A stretch of DNA of 51,845 bases from Azospirillum sp. CAG:239. Lineage in GTDB: Bacteria > Bacillota_I > Bacilli_A > RFN20 > CAG-449. Location: NCBI GenBank assembly GCA_963653535.1, contig CAVJWU010000004.1, positions 1 through 51,845 of the forward strand, given 5' to 3'. The position numbers and the translations under genes were made by a program. The notes under the pieces were generated by a model. The model did not search any database, was not told the origin of the DNA, and saw nothing but the letters and a program-made list of their open reading frames with translations. Position 1 is the first letter of the stretch; every line of letters begins with the position of its first letter. Below are positions 33,175-42,028 of this stretch, piece by piece.

Positions 33175-34278
33175 TTACCTGTTTAAAATTGCAACATTGA
33201 TACGTGATTCTTCTTCTAATGAACCTGAATGCGCACCGATTAATGGGTGGTCATTAGTTATCGCAAATCCATATTCAGAGATGGAAGTTGCCATATAATC
33301 ACCTAAAAAATCATTGAATAATGGATGAGGTGTACCTTCACCAAAAAAACCTAATTTAATAACTTCTTCACGCGTAAATAATTTAAAATATTTAGAATAA
33401 TACTTATTAAATGCTTTTATGAAGTTATCGTTTTGACCTTCTTTTACATGGAAAAACGAACTTCTTGAATCGAGTGAAAACATTATTTTTAAAGTGGAAG
33501 AAAAATCGTCGTGTTCATAAATATTAAACCATTTTGTATCAACTAAGGAGTGATCTGCAAGCACGATAATTAAATTATCAGGATTATCTTTCGCAAGTTT
33601 TCTTAATTCTTTATTAATGAATTTGACGCATTCATGAACTTCTTTAGCTTCTGTTCCTTGCATATGAATTAAGCTATCAGGGAAAGTATGATACATATAA
33701 TAAAAATGGCTACCTTTATGTTTCATATAAATGTCTGCAAATTCAAAGAATTCTTTTAAATCTTTAGGTCCTTTTTCATCGATTGGAAATGGATATAATG
33801 GCTTTGAATATATTGAGTTTTTATTTAAAATGTCCCATATTTTTTCATTTGGACAATATAAATCACTTAAGGTAGGACCATTAATTTTTTCTTTTGTAAA
33901 TGCATTTCTATTAGTAAACATTTCAACGACTAAATTATGTTGCTTAAAATATTGTTGCCAACCTAAAAAGCCTGTTTCAACAGGATATTTTCCAGTCGTA
34001 ATAGATGTAGTTGCCGCGGCAGTAGTTGGAGGAAAGACACTTGTTATTTCAAATGCTTTCTTTCTAAGAAGAAAATCACTTTCTTGAAGATGTTTTTCTT
34101 CAATCGATTTACCTAAGCCATCAAAAAGCATAATACAAACTTTTTGATAATTCTTTTCTTTAAGAATTTTTGTTAGTTCTTGATGTGGCTCATGAAAGCA
34201 AGAACCAGTAAAATGAAATAAAATTGCATTCGCGATTGATACTAAATTGTTGTTTTTATCATAGAAAAAGTAGTCCAT
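33175..34278 (-). CDS. Alkaline-phosphatase-superfamily protein (type I phosphodiesterase/nucleotide pyrophosphatase-like)
   Basis: A metal-ligand Asp in MLFDGLG, a nucleophile region FPPTTAAATTSITTGKYP, and the distal metal site LADHS. No signal peptide is visible. Confidence 0.6.
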   Translation of the reverse strand: MDYFFYDKNNNLVSIANAILFHFTGSCFHEPHQELTKILKEKNYQKVCIMLFDGLGKSIEEKHLQESDFLLRKKAFEITSVFPPTTAAATTSITTGKYPVETGFLGWQQYFKQHNLVVEMFTNRNAFTKEKINGPTLSDLYCPNEKIWDILNKNSIYSKPLYPFPIDEKGPKDLKEFFEFADIYMKHKGSHFYYMYHTFPDSLIHMQGTEAKEVHECVKFINKELRKLAKDNPDNLIIVLADHSLVDTKWFNIYEHDDFSSTLKIMFSLDSRSSFFHVKEGQNDNFIKAFNKYYSKYFKLFTREEVIKLGFFGEGTPHPLFNDFLGDYMATSISEYGFAITNDHPLIGAHSGSLEEESRINVAILNR

Positions 34279-34391
34279 ATACGTTACCTCTAGAGTAATT
34301 ATACGACTTTAGTTAATAAAAAATAAATATATTTATTTTCTTAAAGGTTTTTGATATTATATTATAGGCCTTTTAAGGGAGGAATTTATTT

Positions 34392-35483
34392 ATGGAAGAT
34401 AAAATGATCGAAAGATTAGAAGCAATTTTAGTTAGAGTTGATGAAATTGATAAACTTTTATGTGAAGATGAAATTGTTTCTGACGTTAAAAAGTTAACAG
34501 CTTTAAACAAAGAAAGAGCATCTTTAAGCGAAGTTCATGATGCTTATTTAAAATACAAAAAAATGATGTCTGATTTAAATGACTCAATTGTTATGTCACA
34601 AGATTCAGATCCAGAAATTAGTGAATTTGCAAAAGAAAGTGTTAAAGAATTAACTGCTTCTACTGCTTCTTTATATGATGAAATGAAAGTAATGCTTTTA
34701 CCTAAGGATCCTAACGATGATAAGAACATCGTCTGCGAAATCCGTGGCGCGGCTGGTGGAGATGAAGCAAATATCTTTGCCGGTGACTTATTTAGAATGT
34801 ATGTTAGATATGCAGAAACTCAAGGTTGGAAAATTCAAATTTTAGACTCATCACCTTCTGAAGCAGGTGGTTATTCTCAAGTTGTTTTCTCAGTTAAAGG
34901 AGATTCTGTTTATTCAAAATTAAAATTTGAAAGTGGAGCCCACAGAGTTCAAAGAGTTCCTGTTACTGAAGCAGGTGGAAGAATTCATACTTCAACCGCG
35001 ACAGTTTTAGTTATGCCAGAAACTGAAGATATTGATATTGAAATTAGAAATGAAGATTTAAAGATTGATACATATCGTTCACAAGGTGCTGGTGGTCAAA
35101 ACGTTAATAAGACTGAATCAGCCGTTAGAATTACTCACATTCCAACTGGAACTGTTGTTTCTTGCCAAATTGAAAGAAGCCAAATTCAAAATAGAGAAAT
35201 TGCGATGAATATGTTAAAAGCAAAATTATATGCGCAAAAACAAGCTGAACAAGATGAAAAAATCGGTAATGAAAGACGTTTAAAAGTTGGAACTGGTGAA
35301 AGAAGTGAAAAGATTAGAACTTATAACTATCCTCAAAACCGTGTTACTGATCACCGTATTGGTTTTACTATCCAAAAATTAGACCGCGTTATGGAAGGTG
35401 ACTTAGAAGATGTTATTGAAGCGCTAATTAATGCTGACCAACAAGATAAAATGGAAACTGAGGCTAAAAAATACAATGCTTAA
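34392..35483 (+). CDS. prfA: Peptide chain release factor 1
   Basis: PVT tripeptide (RVQRVPVTEAGGRIHTS) and GGQ (SQGAGGQNVNKTESAVRITH). A GGGAGG SD is present. Confidence 0.95.
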   Translation: MEDKMIERLEAILVRVDEIDKLLCEDEIVSDVKKLTALNKERASLSEVHDAYLKYKKMMSDLNDSIVMSQDSDPEISEFAKESVKELTASTASLYDEMKVMLLPKDPNDDKNIVCEIRGAAGGDEANIFAGDLFRMYVRYAETQGWKIQILDSSPSEAGGYSQVVFSVKGDSVYSKLKFESGAHRVQRVPVTEAGGRIHTSTATVLVMPETEDIDIEIRNEDLKIDTYRSQGAGGQNVNKTESAVRITHIPTGTVVSCQIERSQIQNREIAMNMLKAKLYAQKQAEQDEKIGNERRLKVGTGERSEKIRTYNYPQNRVTDHRIGFTIQKLDRVMEGDLEDVIEALINADQQDKMETEAKKYNA

Positions 35484-36312
35484 GGCTTTAAAAGACATTG
35501 TTAAAGAAGCTTCGATTAAACTAAATAATTATGAAGATGTTTCTTTAAAAGATATTGTTTATCTTATTAAGGAAACATTTTCTTTAGATGAAGTTTCGTT
35601 TGTTTTAAATGAAAATAATCTCTATGAAGAAGATTTATTAAAAGATAAATTAAATCTTCTCTTTTTAGGTATGCCTGTTGAATATGTTTTAGGCTATAGA
35701 TATTTTTTAGGACGTAAGTTTTTAGTTACGAAAGATACTTTAATTCCTCGTAATGAAACAGAAGAATTAGTTCTTTATACAAAAGATTTAATTAAACAAG
35801 AAAATTTTATTTCTCCTTCGATTGTTGAAGTAGGAACTGGCTCAGGATGTATCGCGATAACTTTATCTTTAGATTGTGTTTGTAACGAAGTTCATTCGAT
35901 TGATTTATCTTCGTCTGCTCTTGAGGTAGCTCATATTAATAACAACAATTTAGGTGGTAACGTCACTTTCTTTAATGGTGATACCTTAGAACCCGTATTA
36001 AATAATAAATATGATGTTTTAATTTCAAACCCACCTTATATTGATGTAGATACATATGTGCAAGATTCTGTTGTTAAATATGAACCACATATGGCCTTAT
36101 TTGCCGATAATCATGGTTTAGAGATATATGAAAAGATTTTTAAAAATGTTAATAAAGTTATGAATGAACATGCATTATTGACTTTTGAAATTTCTCCAGA
36201 TTTAGTTAAAGGGTTAACGTTATTAAAAGAAAAATATCTTCCTAGTTTTTCTATCGAATTTAAAAAGGATATGAATGGACTAGTTAGATTTTTATTTTTA
36301 ATAAGAAGATAA
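35476..36312 (+). CDS. prmC: Release-factor glutamine N5-methyltransferase PrmC/HemK
   Basis: SAM-binding motif VEVGTGSGCIA and catalytic NPPY (ISNPPYI). The ATG at 35476 overlaps the prfA stop (ATGCTTAA). The ORF-track start at 35431 lies inside prfA. Confidence 0.9.
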   Translation: MLKALKDIVKEASIKLNNYEDVSLKDIVYLIKETFSLDEVSFVLNENNLYEEDLLKDKLNLLFLGMPVEYVLGYRYFLGRKFLVTKDTLIPRNETEELVLYTKDLIKQENFISPSIVEVGTGSGCIAITLSLDCVCNEVHSIDLSSSALEVAHINNNNLGGNVTFFNGDTLEPVLNNKYDVLISNPPYIDVDTYVQDSVVKYEPHMALFADNHGLEIYEKIFKNVNKVMNEHALLTFEISPDLVKGLTLLKEKYLPSFSIEFKKDMNGLVRFLFLIRR

Positions 36313-36367
36313 AATAATTTAAATTTTACAAAGAGTTAACTATAATTAACTTATGGGAGGGTTAGAT

Positions 36368-36982
36368 ATGAAAACAATCCATACAAAATTTGAAGATGAA
36401 AGAATTATCCCTTTACTTCTAAAAGGGGAAGTAGTTTCTTTTCCAACTGAAACTGTCTATGGTCTAGGAGTTGTTTATGATAATGAAGAAGCTTTTAAAA
36501 AATTAGTAAAAGCAAAAAATAGAACTCCGGACAAACCATTTACATTGATGTTATCATCAGTTAATGATATATCTACTTACGCATTAGTAACACCTAGTAT
36601 TAAAAATGTCATTAAGAAATTTATGCCAGGAGAAATTACTCTATTATTAAAACCTAAAGAACATCTTTATCCTTGGGTAAAATTAAATAGTGAATATATT
36701 GGTGTTCGAGTACCAGATTCTGATGAAGTAAGAAAATTAATTCATGATACCCATAAACCATTACTCGTTACTAGCGCGAATATCTCTGGTCAACCTGTCT
36801 TAAAAACTTATGAAGAAGTTTCTTCGACTTTTGATAATTCTATTTCTGCGATTATTAAAGGAGATACGAGATCTAGCGTTCCATCAAGCATCTTTATTCT
36901 TGATGAATTCGGCGTAAAAGAAATTAGAAAAGGTAATATATCTTTAGAAGCAGTAGAAAAAGTATATAAAGGAGAAGAATAG
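36368..36982 (+). CDS. tsaC: L-threonylcarbamoyladenylate synthase, short YrdC/TsaC type
   Basis: PTETVYGLG, KNRTPDKPFTLM and LVTSANISGQP motifs. A GGGAGGG SD lies upstream of the ATG at 36368. Confidence 0.85.
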   Translation: MKTIHTKFEDERIIPLLLKGEVVSFPTETVYGLGVVYDNEEAFKKLVKAKNRTPDKPFTLMLSSVNDISTYALVTPSIKNVIKKFMPGEITLLLKPKEHLYPWVKLNSEYIGVRVPDSDEVRKLIHDTHKPLLVTSANISGQPVLKTYEEVSSTFDNSISAIIKGDTRSSVPSSIFILDEFGVKEIRKGNISLEAVEKVYKGEE

Positions 36983-36984
36983 AC

Positions 36985-37413
36985 ATGAAAATTGCAATTG
37001 GATCAGATCACGGAGGATTTAATTTAAAAGAACAAGTAAAAGAATATTTACTCTCTTTAGGACACGAAGTTATTGATGAAGGAACTTATTCTTTAGAATC
37101 ATGTGATTATCCTACTTTCGCTCATAAGGTCGCGAAAGATGTCGAAACAAATATTTGTGAAAGAGGAATAGTTATCTGCACCACTGGAGAAGGAATTATG
37201 ATTGCTTCAAATAAGCATAAAGGTGTTAGATGCGGACTTATCTATAATGAAGATGTCGCACGTTTAACTAGAGAACATAATGATGTTAATATGATTTCTA
37301 TGGGTGCGAAATATACTTCCATTAATCAAGCTAAAACTTATATTGACTTATTTTTAAATACTCCTTTTGAAGGTGGTAGACACGTTAAAAGAGTAAATAA
37401 AATTGAACTTTAA
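36985..37413 (+). CDS. rpiB: Ribose-5-phosphate isomerase B (RpiB/LacAB family)
   Basis: MKIAIGSDHGGFNLKE, CTTGEGIMIASNKHKGVRC and GGRHVKRV motifs. Confidence 0.9.
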   Translation: MKIAIGSDHGGFNLKEQVKEYLLSLGHEVIDEGTYSLESCDYPTFAHKVAKDVETNICERGIVICTTGEGIMIASNKHKGVRCGLIYNEDVARLTREHNDVNMISMGAKYTSINQAKTYIDLFLNTPFEGGRHVKRVNKIEL

Positions 37414-37427
37414 TTTAGGATTTATTT

Positions 37428-37463
37428 AAAAACCTCCATAAATTATTTATAGGAGGTTTTTTT
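37428..37463 (+). terminator. Rho-independent terminator after rpiB whose 3' arm is the comFA Shine-Dalgarno sequence
   Basis: AAAAACCTCCATAAAT / ATTTATAGGAGGTTTTT stem with one bulged A, followed by a T7 run ending at 37463. The comFA ATG starts at 37464. Confidence 0.7.
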
Positions 37464-38618
37464 ATGCTTAAATGTGAAAAATGTGGTTGTGAAGATAAGA
37501 GATATTTCGGTATTAAAAATGGGAAAGAATATTGTAGAAGATGTATTTTGTTTGTTGGAGAAATGGCAAAGATAAATGTCGTTCCTCAAAGAGAAATCAA
37601 AGAAAATTTAAAATATCCTTTATCACCTGCACAAGAAAACATATCTTCATTAGTAAGAGATAATTATGCTAGTCATAAAAATACCTTAATTTATGCAGTA
37701 TGTGGAGCAGGAAAAACTGAACTTGTTTATAAAACAATCGCGTATGCTTTAACTAGAGGTAAACAAGTAGGCTTAGCGATTCCTCGAAAAGATGTTGTTA
37801 TTGAACTTGCCCCACGAATAAAAGAAGCTTTTCCTGAAACAAAAGTAGTTTCAGTTTACGGCGGTCATCATAATGATCTTGAAGGAGATATTATCATTTG
37901 CACCACACATCAATTATTTCGTTATGTATCTTATTTTGATTTATTAATCATCGATGAAACGGATGCGTTCCCTTATTCAAATAATGAAACTTTAATGAAT
38001 ATGTTTGATAAGTCAATTAGAGGAAATTACATCATGATGAGCGCGACACCTTTAAAATGGATGGAAGAGAAGATTAAAAAAGAAAAAGGTAATATATATT
38101 CATTAATGGCAAGATATCATAAACATCCTTTAATTGAACCGACTAAAATCGTTTTACCGCTAGGTCAAGAATTTTATATTATTAAGAAACTAAAACAATA
38201 TAAGAAAGAAAATAAGCCTTGTTTTATTTTTTGCCCGACTATTTATGAAGCAGAAGGAATATTTCCAATATTAAAAATGTTTGTTAAAAGCGGTAAAATC
38301 GTTCATTCAAAGAAGAAAGATCGTAATGATATTATTTTCGATTTTAAAAATAACAAATTTGATTATTTAGTAACTACCAGCGTTCTAGAACGAGGTGTAA
38401 CTTTAAAAAATATTCAAGTTATTGTTTTTCATGCCGATTCAAATATTTATACTGACGCGGCCTTAATTCAAATTTCTGGTCGGGTTGGTCGAAAAATCGA
38501 TGCATTTGATGGAGAAGTAATCTTCCTTTGTAAAGAAGATAGTGAGATGGTAGATCTTGCCATAACAAAAATTAAGGAGGCAAATAGAAATGCCCGTATG
38601 CAAAATTTGCTTCTCTAA
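37464..38618 (+). CDS. comFA: ComFA-type DEAD/DEAH-box helicase/translocase (competence protein ComFA)
   Basis: N-terminal 4-Cys zinc ribbon (CEKCGC...CRRC), Walker A CGAGKTE, DETD box, SAT-like MSATP, and helicase C motifs (TTSVLERGVT, QISGRVGR). It lies upstream of comFC and secA, as in Bacillus. Confidence 0.85.
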   Translation: MLKCEKCGCEDKRYFGIKNGKEYCRRCILFVGEMAKINVVPQREIKENLKYPLSPAQENISSLVRDNYASHKNTLIYAVCGAGKTELVYKTIAYALTRGKQVGLAIPRKDVVIELAPRIKEAFPETKVVSVYGGHHNDLEGDIIICTTHQLFRYVSYFDLLIIDETDAFPYSNNETLMNMFDKSIRGNYIMMSATPLKWMEEKIKKEKGNIYSLMARYHKHPLIEPTKIVLPLGQEFYIIKKLKQYKKENKPCFIFCPTIYEAEGIFPILKMFVKSGKIVHSKKKDRNDIIFDFKNNKFDYLVTTSVLERGVTLKNIQVIVFHADSNIYTDAALIQISGRVGRKIDAFDGEVIFLCKEDSEMVDLAITKIKEANRNARMQNLLL

Positions 38619-39243
38619 TATTAAACCAAGTTCTTTACATTATTTTTGTAAACCAAAAATTTGTCAAAATTGCTTTAATGAATTTGATCCTAAATTAAAA
38701 TCATTTAAAGAAAATGGTATTTCTTATACTTATATTTATGAATATGATGACTTAATTAGAAAGTTATTATTTCAATTTAAAGGTTGTTACGATATTGAAT
38801 TAGGAGAAGTGTTTTTAGACAGGTTTAAATTAGAACTTAAATTAAAATATCACGATTATATTTTAGTTCCTTTACCATCTAATCCGACTGATGATGAAGA
38901 ACGTGGATTTAATCATGTCATTGAAATTTTTAAAGTTCTTTCTTTACCTTTTGTTCGATGCATCTATAAAAAAATAAACTTTAAGCAATCGGATTTATCT
39001 TATAAAGAAAGAATTAAAATTAAAGATAAATTGGGTATATTAAATGGAGAGAGTTTAAGTAACAAAAAAATATTGATAGTTGATGATGTTATAACCTCAG
39101 GTAGTTCTATTAAAGGAGCGATAGACTTAATAAAGCCATATAATCCAAAAAAGATAAAAGTCCTTGTTTTAGCGAGAAATACCCACTTAATTAATAAAAA
39201 AACTAAGAATAAATTTTTATTTTTCACATCTAAAACTAAATAA
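38590..39243 (+). CDS. comFC: ComFC (ComF family, phosphoribosyltransferase-like domain)
   Basis: N-terminal Cys pairs (CKICF...CQNC) and the PRTase loop ILIVDDVITSGSS. It overlaps comFA by 29 nt and is preceded by an AGGAGG SD. Confidence 0.85.
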   Translation: MPVCKICFSNIKPSSLHYFCKPKICQNCFNEFDPKLKSFKENGISYTYIYEYDDLIRKLLFQFKGCYDIELGEVFLDRFKLELKLKYHDYILVPLPSNPTDDEERGFNHVIEIFKVLSLPFVRCIYKKINFKQSDLSYKERIKIKDKLGILNGESLSNKKILIVDDVITSGSSIKGAIDLIKPYNPKKIKVLVLARNTHLINKKTKNKFLFFTSKTK

Positions 39244-39412
39244 ACTATGATAAGAAAAGTTCTATATTATTTTTTTCGCTAAAAAGGTTGATGAATTAGT
39301 ACAAAAATAAATATTAAATTCTTAAAAATAAAGTTTAATAAGAAAAAAATAAAATTAATCATTAGAATTTTGTAAAAAAAGTTAACCGATAATTAAAATA
39401 ATTTTTTTAAAT

Positions 39413-39430
39413 TAAATACTTAAGTATTTA
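39413..39430. repeat. 18-bp perfect palindrome TAAATACTTAAGTATTTA overlapping the probable -35 region of the secA promoter
   Basis: Read directly from the sequence. A TATAAT at 39450-39455 lies 19 bp downstream. Confidence 0.7.
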
Positions 39431-39490
39431 TATAGTGAATGAATTTGTGTATAATAACACGTGAATTACAATCCTTAGGAGGTTACATTA

Positions 39491-42028
39491 ATGGGTAATT
39501 GGTTAGATAAAGTATTAAGAGTTGATGAAAGAGCTCTAAAAAAAGTTGAAAAGATCGCGAAAAAGGTAATGTCATATGAAGATGAGATGCGTGCTTTAAC
39601 TGATGAAGAATTAAAAGCAAAGACTCCTTATTTTAAAGATTTACTTGCAAAAGGTGCTTCTTTAGAAGATATCCTTCCAGAAGCATATGCAGTATGTAGA
39701 GAAGCTTGTTATAGAGTGAGAAACGAATTTCCTTTCAAAGTTCAAATCATGGGTGCGATTGTTTTAAATGAAGGCGATGTCGCTGAAATGAAAACTGGTG
39801 AAGGTAAAACTTTAACTGCGACTATGGCAGTTTATTTAAACGCACTTGCTGGAAAAGGTGTTCATGTTGTTACAGTTAACGAATACCTTGCTTCTCGTGA
39901 TGCTGAACAAATGGGTAAAGTTTATAATTTCCTCGGTTTAACTTGCGATTGTAACTTAAGAGAAAAAGATGTCGCAGGTAAACAAGCTGCTTATAATGCC
40001 GACATCACATATACAACTAACTCTGAACTTGGCTTTGACTATTTAAGAGATAATATGGCTCAAACAGTGGCTAGAAGAGTTCAAAGAGGATTAAACTTTG
40101 CTATCGTCGATGAAGCTGACTCTATTTTAATTGATGAATCAAGAACTCCATTAATCATTTCTGGTGGTGAAAGAGCTTCTGCTTCTACATATGAATTCGC
40201 GGATAGATTTGTTAAATCATTAAAGAATGAACGTGATTTCACTATCGACGTTAAGACTAAAGCTTGTTCTTTAACTGATGAAGGTTCTTCCGCGGCAGAA
40301 CGTGCTTTCGGAGTAAAGAATATTTATAATCCAGAATATAACGACTTAGTCCATAGAATTCACCAAGCATTAAAAGCTAACTACATCATGAAGAAGAATG
40401 TTGAATACATGGTTAAAGATGATGAAATTCACCTTATTGACCAATTCACAGGACGTGTCATGAAAGGTAGAGAATATTCTGACGGTTTACAACAAGCAAT
40501 CCAAGCAAAAGAACATGTTAAGATTAAACAAGAAACTATTACAATGGCTTCTATTACATATCAAAACTTCTTTAGACTTTATAACAAAGTAGCTGGTATG
40601 ACAGGTACTGCAAAAACTGAAGAAGAAGAATTTGAAAAGATTTATAACATGCATGTTACTCCAATTCCAACTAATAGACCAATCTTACGTTTAGATGATA
40701 CTGACTTAGTTTATGGAAATAAGAAAGCAAAATATAAAGCTTTAATTGAAGATGTTAAAGCTCGTCACGCATTAGGACAACCTATCTTAATTGGTACTCC
40801 TTCTGTTGAAGATTCAGAAATTGTCGATAATTTACTTAATGAAGCACATTTACCTCATGAAGTATTAAATGCGAAGAACCATGAACGTGAAGCGCATATC
40901 GTTGAACTTGCTGGTCAATTAAATGCGATTACTATCGCGACTAATATGGCTGGTAGAGGTACTGATATTAAACTTGGCCCTGGTGTTAAAGATATTGTTG
41001 ATCCAACTGGACAAGTAAAAGCTCCAGCTGGTCTAGCTGTTTTAGGTACAGAAAGAAATGAAGCACGTCGTATTGATAACCAATTAAGAGGTCGTTCAGG
41101 TAGACAAGGTGACCCTGGTTATTCGAGATTCTATATCTCTATTGATGATGAACTAATGGTAAGATTCGCGCCTGATTATTTAAGAGGCTTATTCGAAAAA
41201 ATGGGTGATGAAGCACTTGAATCAAAGATGGTTATGAACGCGATTACTTCTGCACAAAAGAAAATTGAAGGTCAAAACTTTGATACACGTAAATCATTAC
41301 TTGACTACGATGATGTTTTAAGACAACAACGTGAAGCGATGTATTCTCAAAGAGATACATTATTATATGCGGATGATATTTATGATATTGTTTATAATTA
41401 TTTCAAAGTAGTTGGTAAACATATTGTTGAAACTTCAATAGATGATTCTGATCCTCGTAATCCAGTTTTATCTAGTGAACTTTTAAAGAAAAACCTTGAA
41501 CCTAAATATTTAGCTCCAGGTTCATTTGATTATTCAGGATATGATGAAGCTCCAGTTGATGAAGTAAGTGATGAACTTGGTGAAATCTTATTCTCTCAAT
41601 ATAATAAAAAGAGAGCTTCTTGGCCTAAAGAAGCTGTTTCAGAAGTAGAAAAGATGGTTGCTTTACGTTCAGTTGATCGTTTCTGGACTACTCATATTGA
41701 CTCGATGGCTAAATTAAAAGAAGGTATTCATTTAAGAAGCTACGCTCAATCTGATCCATTAAAAGCATATGTCGATGAAGGTTGGGATATGTTTAATGAA
41801 ATGATTCTTAATATTGCTGAACAAGTAGTTAATACATTAATTCATGTTGAAATTAGATTAAAGACTCCTGAAGAAATGGCACAAGATAGATTAAGAGAAG
41901 CTGAAGCTCAAGCAAGAAAACAAAACGAAATGCAAGCTTTTGCAAAAGCTAAAGAAGACGCGGCAAAAGATTTTAATCCTGTCGCGACTAAAGAAGACCT
42001 TTCTAATAGCGGTGAGGAAAATAAATAA
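39491..42028 (+). CDS. secA: Preprotein translocase ATPase SecA (no C-terminal zinc-binding tail)
   Basis: Walker A MKTGEGKTL, DEAD-like VDEADSILIDE, TNMAGRGTDIKLG and RQLRGRSGRQGDPG motifs. Confidence 0.97.
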   Translation: MGNWLDKVLRVDERALKKVEKIAKKVMSYEDEMRALTDEELKAKTPYFKDLLAKGASLEDILPEAYAVCREACYRVRNEFPFKVQIMGAIVLNEGDVAEMKTGEGKTLTATMAVYLNALAGKGVHVVTVNEYLASRDAEQMGKVYNFLGLTCDCNLREKDVAGKQAAYNADITYTTNSELGFDYLRDNMAQTVARRVQRGLNFAIVDEADSILIDESRTPLIISGGERASASTYEFADRFVKSLKNERDFTIDVKTKACSLTDEGSSAAERAFGVKNIYNPEYNDLVHRIHQALKANYIMKKNVEYMVKDDEIHLIDQFTGRVMKGREYSDGLQQAIQAKEHVKIKQETITMASITYQNFFRLYNKVAGMTGTAKTEEEEFEKIYNMHVTPIPTNRPILRLDDTDLVYGNKKAKYKALIEDVKARHALGQPILIGTPSVEDSEIVDNLLNEAHLPHEVLNAKNHEREAHIVELAGQLNAITIATNMAGRGTDIKLGPGVKDIVDPTGQVKAPAGLAVLGTERNEARRIDNQLRGRSGRQGDPGYSRFYISIDDELMVRFAPDYLRGLFEKMGDEALESKMVMNAITSAQKKIEGQNFDTRKSLLDYDDVLRQQREAMYSQRDTLLYADDIYDIVYNYFKVVGKHIVETSIDDSDPRNPVLSSELLKKNLEPKYLAPGSFDYSGYDEAPVDEVSDELGEILFSQYNKKRASWPKEAVSEVEKMVALRSVDRFWTTHIDSMAKLKEGIHLRSYAQSDPLKAYVDEGWDMFNEMILNIAEQVVNTLIHVEIRLKTPEEMAQDRLREAEAQARKQNEMQAFAKAKEDAAKDFNPVATKEDLSNSGEENK

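Noticed and set aside
33731-34087. 118-aa ORF antisense to the phosphodiesterase-like gene, and a 113-aa ORF (43434-43775) antisense to the YitT-family gene.
   Set aside because: They are longer than the other shadow ORFs, but they have no SD or promoter and no recognisable motifs. The opposite-strand genes carry clear family signatures.
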